Of a DNA stretch of 64,000 bases, positions 56,601 to 64,000 are shown piece by piece. Each line of letters starts with the position of its first letter. The first letter of the stretch is position 1. The notes under the pieces were generated by a model. The model was given only the letters and a program-made list of their open reading frames with translations, was not told the origin of the DNA and searched no databases. The translations under genes were made by a program, and so were the position numbers. The stretch covers positions 59,137 to 123,136 of the forward strand of contig JAYOSY010000002.1 in assembly GCA_038139495.1 (NCBI GenBank), read 5' to 3'. The DNA comes from Porticoccaceae bacterium (GTDB lineage Bacteria; Pseudomonadota; Gammaproteobacteria; Pseudomonadales; Porticoccaceae).

Positions 56601-57655
56601 GCCAAATTTTGCTCCCTAACAACCATGTCGAACATCTTTATAACCGATTCTGTTGTTATCTGTTTCATTAACTCGCTACCTTTATTACGGCGCCCCCAAG
56701 GAAGCTGATATGTCGGCTTGCCATACTGCTGTTGTATATTGTCATGGTAAACCTCAACCACATAATCTTGGTATAAATAGGGCCCCGTTCGCGCAGGATT
56801 AGAGTGTGCATACAATCCAATCACTGGGGTTCCCATGCAAACCGCCATATGTGCCGGACCTGTATCTGGCGCAATCACTAGCGATGCCTTCTCAAGAACG
56901 CATAACAACTGCTTTAAGGAGGTCTTAGCCACTAAGTTTAATAGGGGAAAATCTGCCAATGCCATCATTTCTGCTGCTAAATCGCGCTCCAACTTTGATG
57001 GACCGCCAGTGAGCACCACTGAAAAACCCTGACTATGGGCATATTGAGCAACCTCAATATATCGACTGGCGACCCAGTTGCGCTCTGCACCGCTGGCCGC
57101 TGGTGCAATGACAACTATTTTTTTCATCCCAAACAGCTGCTGTTGCGCAAAGGCTGTATCAGCCTCTGTTATCGGCATCGTCCACGCAGGCTTAAAGCTA
57201 GGTATGCCAATAGCATGGGCAAATCCCATAAACCCCTCAATCACATGGGCCTGATGTTGCTTTTCGATACGCTTGTTAACAAACAGAGAATGGCCTTCTT
57301 TAGCTCGTTGCCAGTCGAAACCAATCTTTACCTTAGCGGGAATACAGCGCGCCGCAAGGTTAGCCCTTAAAGCCACCTGCATATGCAACAAAACATCAAA
57401 TTGCCTATTTTTAAATGTTTTTCTCAACTGCTGATACGCGGTTTTGCCCTGTTTTTTATCAAAGATAACAAACTCTACTCCTGACAAACCCTCTAATAAT
57501 GCGGCCTCAATCTTACCTATAACCCAAGTAATTTTAGATGTAGGATAGTGCTTTTGAATGGCCTGCACTACAGCAACTGCGTGGCATACATCACCAATGG
57601 CTGAAAGCCGAAGAATGCATATTTCCCTGGGTTCACTTGATAAAATCACTGGCAA
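56597..57655 (-). CDS. LPS heptosyltransferase (GT9)
   Basis: LRLSAIGDV, PDTGPAHMA motifs; divergent from kdkA. Confidence 0.9.
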   Translation of the reverse strand: MPVILSSEPREICILRLSAIGDVCHAVAVVQAIQKHYPTSKITWVIGKIEAALLEGLSGVEFVIFDKKQGKTAYQQLRKTFKNRQFDVLLHMQVALRANLAARCIPAKVKIGFDWQRAKEGHSLFVNKRIEKQHQAHVIEGFMGFAHAIGIPSFKPAWTMPITEADTAFAQQQLFGMKKIVVIAPAASGAERNWVASRYIEVAQYAHSQGFSVVLTGGPSKLERDLAAEMMALADFPLLNLVAKTSLKQLLCVLEKASLVIAPDTGPAHMAVCMGTPVIGLYAHSNPARTGPYLYQDYVVEVYHDNIQQQYGKPTYQLPWGRRNKGSELMKQITTESVIKMFDMVVREQNLA

Positions 57656-57783
57656 CCTTAGCTATCTAAAAGAAGACGATAGTGCTCTTCATTTTTTAAG
57701 TTAAGCCCACTGAAGATCAATTGGGCCATATATCACTGCTTCATCAAGCTTGTTATACTGCTAAAAATCAAGGTAAAACTTAT

Positions 57784-58506
57784 ATGCTCGATATCATTAA
57801 TAACGGCAATCATACATTACTCACCGCCGTTGCTAATCCCTTAAAGATTAACCAAGATTGGTTTTCGCCCAACTTCTGGCGCAACCAAAATGCCATTATA
57901 GCTGAAAAAAAAGGCCGCTCTACTACTTGGTTTATTAAGTATTCTTCCGACACAGGCGTACTTCGTCACTATTGGCGCGGCGGCCTAGTCGGGAAAATTC
58001 TTAGCGATCAATATTTGTTTACCGGATTAAAAAATACACGCACTTACCAAGAATTTACCCTGCTACTTGAGCTCAAAAAAAGGGGGCTCAATGTGCCTAC
58101 GCCGATTGGCGCTCAGATTAAAAAAGCAGGCTTAATTTATCGCGGCGATTTGTTAACCCAAGAAATTACGGGGGCGCAAAGTTTACTAGAAGTACTGCAG
58201 CACAGGCCCTTAGCCGCCGCTGAAATTGCCAAAGTAGGGGAGACTATTGCCGCCTTTCACCAACAGGGCGTCTATCACGCGGACCTAAATATTAATAATA
58301 TTCTGTTTGATCAAGAACAAAGGATATTTATTATTGATTTTGACAAGGGACGTCTAGTCCAACCAGGCCACCAATGCTTAAAACAAAATATGGCTCGGCT
58401 AAAACGGTCTTTTTTGAAAGAGGCATCCAAAAACAACCCCTTTTATTGGCAAGGCGGGCAGTGGGACATCCTAATTGAACGCTATAACAAGATTATGGCT
58501 AGCTAG
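57784..58506 (+). CDS. kdkA: 3-deoxy-D-manno-octulosonic acid (Kdo) kinase
   Basis: [36 protein letters not shown]. Confidence 0.92.
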   Translation: MLDIINNGNHTLLTAVANPLKINQDWFSPNFWRNQNAIIAEKKGRSTTWFIKYSSDTGVLRHYWRGGLVGKILSDQYLFTGLKNTRTYQEFTLLLELKKRGLNVPTPIGAQIKKAGLIYRGDLLTQEITGAQSLLEVLQHRPLAAAEIAKVGETIAAFHQQGVYHADLNINNILFDQEQRIFIIDFDKGRLVQPGHQCLKQNMARLKRSFLKEASKNNPFYWQGGQWDILIERYNKIMAS

Positions 58507-59941
58507 TTTTTATTTTATTGATCACATTTGACGTTGAGCAATCATTCACAAACTCAAGTACCTCAACCCGACCACCATTAGCTAATACTGTGTCTGCACC
58601 AGCAATATCTTCAACCTTGTAATCACCGCCTTTTACTAAAATATCAGGATTAAGATCCTTAATTAAATTGGCGGGGGTGTCACCTTCCTCAGCAGCACCA
58701 AAGGGAATCACCCAATCAACTGAAGCCAATGCCATCAGCACGGTCGCCCGCTCTTCTAGCTTATTAATTGGACGGTCAGCACCTTTGAGTCGGGTTATAG
58801 ATTGATCATTATTCAAGCCCACTACCAACTTATCGCCGCGGGCTTTTGCCTGAGCTAAATAGCGAACGTGGCCCGCGTGTATAATATCAAAACAACCATT
58901 GGTGAATACGATAGTTTCACCCCGCCGTTTAGCCTGCTCAATATGATCAAACGCCTCATCAGTAGCAGGATGATAACGCTCACCAGTTTTACCTAGATAC
59001 TCGGTTAACTTAGCCGATAACTCTTCAGGCGAAACGGTTGCAGCACCCAGTCGCGTTACTGAGATTCCTGCAGCCACATTGGCAATCTCTACCGCTTGGG
59101 GCTCAGGCATCTGCGTTGCTAGCATTACAGCGAGAGTGGCAATGACTGTATCACCCGCACCAGTGACATCCGCTACCTCTAATGTTTGCGCCTTATAGTC
59201 ATGCTTTTGTTGTGCCGTGATTAATGACATGCCCTGCTCAGAGCGCGTCAACAACAAAGCGCCAAGTTTACAGTCTGAAATAATCTTTCTAGCGCTCTGA
59301 GCAATCTGATCTTCGTCGCCTAAAATTCCACCAGCGGCGAGATATTCAGTTAAGTTCGGCGTAATAAAATCAGCGCCCGCATAGTCTGATAAATCTTTTG
59401 ACTTTGGATCCACCAAAACTGTTTTACCCGCTTTTTTAGCTAGGCTAATCATGGCGCCAATATTGGCTAATGACCCTTTGTTGTAGTCAGAAAAAAGTAC
59501 CATCTCAAACTGATCAACTAAGGATGCGAAAGCCTGACTCAACAAATCAGCATTTTGCTGAGTAAATGACTCCTCAATATCCAACCTTACGACCTGTTGG
59601 CGGCGGCTAAGAATACGAATTTTAGTAATAGTGGGTGCCTGTGATTGCTTTACTAATCTAGAACTGATGCCCTGATCTTTAAGTAAAGCCTCTAAATGTT
59701 TGCCGTTATCATCGTCGCCAATTATTCCTAACAGGCTTGCATTAGCTCCCAGGTGTACAATATTTTTTGCAACATTGGCTGCACCCCCAGCCTTATCCTC
59801 AAACTCTGAAACCTTGACCACTGGCACTGGCGCTTCAGGGGAAATTCGCCCCGTATCACCATGCCAATAGCGATCCAGCATCACATCACCGACTACCAGT
59901 ATGTTGACGTCTTTAAGTTTTTGAAAATAAGACAAATCCAT
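58499..59941 (-). CDS. hldE: Bifunctional heptose 7-phosphate kinase/heptose 1-phosphate adenylyltransferase
   Basis: [37 protein letters not shown]. Confidence 0.96.
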   Translation of the reverse strand: MDLSYFQKLKDVNILVVGDVMLDRYWHGDTGRISPEAPVPVVKVSEFEDKAGGAANVAKNIVHLGANASLLGIIGDDDNGKHLEALLKDQGISSRLVKQSQAPTITKIRILSRRQQVVRLDIEESFTQQNADLLSQAFASLVDQFEMVLFSDYNKGSLANIGAMISLAKKAGKTVLVDPKSKDLSDYAGADFITPNLTEYLAAGGILGDEDQIAQSARKIISDCKLGALLLTRSEQGMSLITAQQKHDYKAQTLEVADVTGAGDTVIATLAVMLATQMPEPQAVEIANVAAGISVTRLGAATVSPEELSAKLTEYLGKTGERYHPATDEAFDHIEQAKRRGETIVFTNGCFDIIHAGHVRYLAQAKARGDKLVVGLNNDQSITRLKGADRPINKLEERATVLMALASVDWVIPFGAAEEGDTPANLIKDLNPDILVKGGDYKVEDIAGADTVLANGGRVEVLEFVNDCSTSNVINKIKTS

Positions 59942-60528
59942 TACTCGGCTTCCACCACTAGAGCATCAATCGCCTCACATAACCAGTGCCCAATAAACAT
60001 ATGCGCTTCTTGAATGCGCGCGGTTTCATCATTAGCAATTATTACGGGTAGCTGAGCAATATCTTTAACTTTTCCACCGTCACGACCTGTCAGCGCGACA
60101 GTATAGGCGCCTATTTCGTTGGCCGCACTCAGGGCAAGATTGATATTGGCGCTTGTACCTGAGGTTGTGAGACCAATAACCACGTCTTCTGACTTGCATA
60201 GCCCTTTAACCTGTCGCTCAAATACCGTATCAAAGTGATAATCGTTAGAATGAGCCGTTAAAATAGAGGTATCTGTGGTCAATGCAATCGAGGCCAACGG
60301 ACCACGTTCATTTTTATAGCGCACCATAAATTCAGCAGCTAAGTGCTGAGCATCTGCGGCACTGCCCCCATTGCCCATCCATATCACTTTACCGCCACTT
60401 TGCAGGCACTTAGTACAGGCCTCAAGTAAGGCCAGCACTTGGTCATGATAGCTGTCCATTAGCTCAAAGGCCTTTTTGTGGCGATCTAAACTGGCGAAAT
60501 AGCTTTGTTTAATTTGGCTAGAAATCAT
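59941..60528 (-). CDS. gmhA: Phosphoheptose isomerase
   Basis: [27 protein letters not shown]. Confidence 0.95.
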   Translation of the reverse strand: MISSQIKQSYFASLDRHKKAFELMDSYHDQVLALLEACTKCLQSGGKVIWMGNGGSAADAQHLAAEFMVRYKNERGPLASIALTTDTSILTAHSNDYHFDTVFERQVKGLCKSEDVVIGLTTSGTSANINLALSAANEIGAYTVALTGRDGGKVKDIAQLPVIIANDETARIQEAHMFIGHWLCEAIDALVVEAE

Positions 60529-60629
60529 AGTTACAGCTCGATTACTTTTTGTAAGATTGAATTATTACACATTTAGCGTAGGCAGACTTTACTATTTAAG
60601 TTGTCGCAATAAATTGAAAGTCATTAAGT

Positions 60630-62042
60630 CTAGTGCCAGAAAATGGACCCCTCAAGTTGACCATAACTTTCTGAGTACACGCTACTCCCTAGTGTTACTG
60701 ATAAGCGCATAGGATTATTCTCAAGTTTGCGACGATGCTCTAATTTAATTTCATAGGCAGTATCATATCGCGACTTATCTTGATGATTAATAGTTGATAG
60801 AAAGGCTGTCCATCCCTTTACTTCTGAAGCGGCGTAATCCAATGAAATCTTATTTGCAATAGCGGGTATGCCATGACCAAAGTCCCTTTGATCGGCAATA
60901 TAATTGCCAAATACATAACCATCATTCGTATTGCCAAATGCGTACAGATGATTCACATACCAAGCTGTTTTGTAGCGATTAAACTCATACCTTAAAGCAA
61001 TTTTTTCGCTAATTTGCGGCATAAAAATACCCAAATTAATAGACTGATTGCCTAAACTAAAATTACTATGCCCCTGAGTATCCTCGGCAGCTAACTCAGC
61101 GTAAATTTCAATGGGCACACCTCTATTCAACTTATAGCTTGTGGTGACTGATGCCATTTGATCGCCAAATTCTGTTGCTTTTTCATCCTCTGAAAAAGAG
61201 TTGTCATGTTTCACTGGGTTAAAAAAAGCATTGATAATATCAGTTGTAGATACCTCTCGAGGGCCGCCACCAAATTGCAGTATTCTATTAAAGCCTAAGG
61301 TCCAAGATTCCGTAGGGCTTACGCTTAAATGGGTGCCAATAAGACGGGGGCTTCCGTCATACCATTGATCGAGATATTTAACCCCGTTTTTTACCTTATC
61401 AAGTCGGGTATAAAATAGTTCAAAATTTGCCTGCCAAAAACGCTCAATGGGAGAAACCGTGCTTAGGGTAATCGATGGCCCCATCTCGGCATTATTTGAT
61501 ATCAGCTGAGATGAAAAATTAAAAGGGGAATACCAATGCTCCCTGTAGCCCAGGTCTAGCTGTAAGTTTCCTTTACTAAAGCCAACAAAGGTATTGTAAG
61601 GGACCAAAGCGCTTGCATCGGCGCGATACTCAACACCAGCTTGTACCACTGTATAGCTATTAGGTCGCCAGGAGCCCTCTGCAAAAGCTTGTAAATACTC
61701 ATCAGAGGATAATCCTCGTTGATTGGCTATTGGCATGTCTTCATCTGCAGATACGCGGGCCACTATACCAGCGCGACTAATTGAGCCTTTAACTCGATAG
61801 GGCTCTAACCCATTATTAACAGCTTGATAAAGCGATGGATGTGTATTTTTTATCTGATTAAGGGCTCGATCAATGCTGGCTATTGTGTACGGCTTTTTCA
61901 TTGGGTTGCCGCTTGTCAGCAAAAACAGACGGTCTACCTGATTTTGCAAATAATTATCTGCACCAATGGGAAAGTAGGCGTTTGGTGCTGCATTAGCTAG
62001 TGCGCTCATAAAAATAATTATGCCGACAAGGCTTCGTAACAC
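60630..62042 (-). CDS. Wzi-family capsule assembly outer-membrane protein
   Basis: Signal peptide, GYREHWYSP, QFGGGPR, GDQMAS, Y.ELAAED, aromatic beta-barrel C-terminus; GTG start after AGGAGG. Confidence 0.75.
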   Translation of the reverse strand: MLRSLVGIIIFMSALANAAPNAYFPIGADNYLQNQVDRLFLLTSGNPMKKPYTIASIDRALNQIKNTHPSLYQAVNNGLEPYRVKGSISRAGIVARVSADEDMPIANQRGLSSDEYLQAFAEGSWRPNSYTVVQAGVEYRADASALVPYNTFVGFSKGNLQLDLGYREHWYSPFNFSSQLISNNAEMGPSITLSTVSPIERFWQANFELFYTRLDKVKNGVKYLDQWYDGSPRLIGTHLSVSPTESWTLGFNRILQFGGGPREVSTTDIINAFFNPVKHDNSFSEDEKATEFGDQMASVTTSYKLNRGVPIEIYAELAAEDTQGHSNFSLGNQSINLGIFMPQISEKIALRYEFNRYKTAWYVNHLYAFGNTNDGYVFGNYIADQRDFGHGIPAIANKISLDYAASEVKGWTAFLSTINHQDKSRYDTAYEIKLEHRRKLENNPMRLSVTLGSSVYSESYGQLEGSIFWH

Positions 62043-62157
62043 TGGGCTACCTCCTAATAGTGATTTAAGATCCTTAATATCCTTGATCAAAGTAGTTTTT
62101 ATATCTAAACAGATAGTCACAATGCTAAGATAATCAGGATTATTTTAGGAATAATAA

Positions 62158-63414
62158 ATGGTTCGTGCTGTATATTCACTTGTTTTATATCTTTTAAGCC
62201 CGATTATATTTTTCTATCTTTGGAGTCGTGGCCTAAAGAACAGATCCTATCGTGGGCGCTGGGCTGAGCGTCTAGGGTTTTATCATGGCCAACTCAAAAC
62301 TGATAGCCTAGTGATTCACTGCGCATCGGTTGGTGAAATCATGGCCGCTAGCCCTCTAATCAATAAACTACTATCAGACGCTCCAAATCAAGTAATAACC
62401 ATTACCTGTAATACGCCCAGTGGCTCTGAACAAATTGCTAAGCTGTTTGGTCATTCTGTTCAGCACGTTTATTTGCCATTAGATTTTCCAGGAAGCGTGG
62501 TACGTTTTTTAAATAAATTACGGCCCAAAGCGCTGGTTATTTTAGAAACCGAGCTTTGGCCAAATTTAATCATCAAATCCAAACAACGTCTCTTGCCTGT
62601 TCTGGTTATCAATGCACGGCTTTCTGCTAAGTCCCTAGGAAAATACCAATTGTTTGCTTCATTAAGTAAAGAATTGATCGGCTCAATCTCTACGCTTGCC
62701 GGTCATAGTGAAGAAGACATTAATCGTTTTAAGCAACTAGGGTTGAGTGACACCAAGGCCATAGTAACTGGCTCTATAAAGTTTGATATCCCCATGACTG
62801 AACAGACCCGTAGAAATGGAGAGGCACTTAAAGCCCAGCTCGCTGATTATGATTTTGTATGGGTTGCTGGCTCCACGCATCCAAAAGAACATGAGCAGGT
62901 ATTGGAGGCTCATAGACAGCTGATCAAAAACAGTAACAGCTTATTAATTATTGCACCGCGACATGCGGAACAATTTAAACCTGTTGCTGAACTGCTATCA
63001 AAATCAAAAATAGCCTTCGCTAAACGCAGTTTAAATAACCTCGACGGACAATCTGTTTTGCTCGCCGACAGTATGGGAGAAATGATGACGTTCTATGGTG
63101 CAGCTGATTGCGCCTTTATTGGCGGCAGTTTGATTGAACGGGGAGGGCACAATCCACTTGAAGCAGCCGCATGCGCTATACCAGTCATTACCGGGCCTAG
63201 TTATTACAACTTTGCACAGATTTACCCTCAGCTAATCGCCAATCAGGGCTGCATTGAGGTGGATTCGGCTAGGACCTTGGCCGAACAACTAAAATTATTC
63301 GCAAGCAAGCCAAAGCAAGCCTCAAAGCAAGGGCAAGACGCCCATGAAATAGTCAAGCAAAACCAAGGGGCATTGGATAAGACATTTAATCTTATATTAA
63401 AATTTTTATCCTAG
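62158..63414 (+). CDS. waaA: Kdo transferase
   Basis: IHCASVGE, YLPLD, ETELWPN, NARLS, PRH, GGHNPLE. Confidence 0.95.
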   Translation: MVRAVYSLVLYLLSPIIFFYLWSRGLKNRSYRGRWAERLGFYHGQLKTDSLVIHCASVGEIMAASPLINKLLSDAPNQVITITCNTPSGSEQIAKLFGHSVQHVYLPLDFPGSVVRFLNKLRPKALVILETELWPNLIIKSKQRLLPVLVINARLSAKSLGKYQLFASLSKELIGSISTLAGHSEEDINRFKQLGLSDTKAIVTGSIKFDIPMTEQTRRNGEALKAQLADYDFVWVAGSTHPKEHEQVLEAHRQLIKNSNSLLIIAPRHAEQFKPVAELLSKSKIAFAKRSLNNLDGQSVLLADSMGEMMTFYGAADCAFIGGSLIERGGHNPLEAAACAIPVITGPSYYNFAQIYPQLIANQGCIEVDSARTLAEQLKLFASKPKQASKQGQDAHEIVKQNQGALDKTFNLILKFLS

Positions 63415-63417
63415 ATC

Positions 63418-64000
63418 TTAAAACTGACTACTGCCCGCAATTGAGCGCCAAGTGCTACGCATAGTAATTTCGGTATGCGGCGCTTTAAAGAAACCATGGT
63501 AATCACCCATTGGGTTAATCAGTATTAACTGTGTACTGTGATCAACAGTATAGTCATCGCCCTCCAAGGGAACCTTATTATAGGCGACATTAAGCTCGGC
63601 ACTTAGACGGCGAATTAAATGCCTATTTCCAGTAACGCCAGTAAACTCAGCATTAAAGTAGGGCACATAGTCTGCTAACTTTTCTACAGTATCACGTTCA
63701 GGGTCCAAAGAAATCATCACTACCTGAAGACGCTCTTTCTCGCTATCTTTAAGTTTGCTGTAGGTATCATTGAGCATGGCCAAGGTAGTAGGGCAGATAT
63801 CCGGGCAGTGGGTAAAACCAAAGAAAACAATGGTCCAAATTCCTTCAAATCTTGCCTTATCAAAAACCTGGCCACGATGATCCTGCAACTCAAAATCACT
63901 GAAGATTCGCGGCTTGTCGAGTACGATTGCACCATTAATTTGCAGCTCTTCTTTAGACATAATCACTGGCTGACTCATACGCCAAGAAAACCCGTAAACC
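63418..64000 (-). CDS. SCO1/SenC family copper chaperone (5' end probably outside window)
   Basis: FFGFTHCPDICP CxxxC motif, DPERD, VDHS; frame stays open to window edge. Confidence 0.92.
   Translation of the reverse strand, partial: VYGFSWRMSQPVIMSKEELQINGAIVLDKPRIFSDFELQDHRGQVFDKARFEGIWTIVFFGFTHCPDICPTTLAMLNDTYSKLKDSEKERLQVVMISLDPERDTVEKLADYVPYFNAEFTGVTGNRHLIRRLSAELNVAYNKVPLEGDDYTVDHSTQLILINPMGDYHGFFKAPHTEITMRSTWRSIAGSSQF

Overview
Chromosomal window of a Gammaproteobacterium with Pseudomonadales/Cellvibrionales-like gene order; a streamlined marine SAR92/Porticoccaceae-type host is an inference. Most of it is housekeeping: rpmG-rpmB, radC, coaBC-algC-argB-slmA, pyrE-rph, yicC, gmk-rpoZ-spoT-ridA, oxyR-recG, tkt-epd-pgk-fba, sahR-metK-ahcY-metF-rsmE, fabY, serC-serA, cytochrome c4-dsbA, engB, polA, znuA/zur-znuCB, and an LPS inner-core cluster. 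The standout is a ~15.6 kb integrase-less island between yicC and gmk, bounded by a degenerate direct repeat of the yicC 3' end and devoted to guanidino-nitrogen scavenging. It has three units. (i) A 2OG-Fe(II) dioxygenase plus a hypothetical protein (probable methylguanidine hydroxylase/lyase pair) behind a sigma70 promoter and an atypical guanidine-II riboswitch with an inserted hairpin. (ii) A sigma54-driven operon of unknown substrate: ABC importer, divergent creatininase-family hydrolase and type III glutamine-synthetase-like ligase. (iii) A divergent sigma54 + guanidine-I riboswitch operon cgdA-cgdB-(guanidine-II riboswitch)-guanidine carboxylase-allophanate hydrolase. Non-coding highlights elsewhere are a candidate Spot42/ErsA-position sRNA, a perfect 34-bp palindrome over a probably leaderless sahR promoter, twin Zur boxes, and a perfect 32-bp palindrome at the cytochrome c4/dsbA junction.
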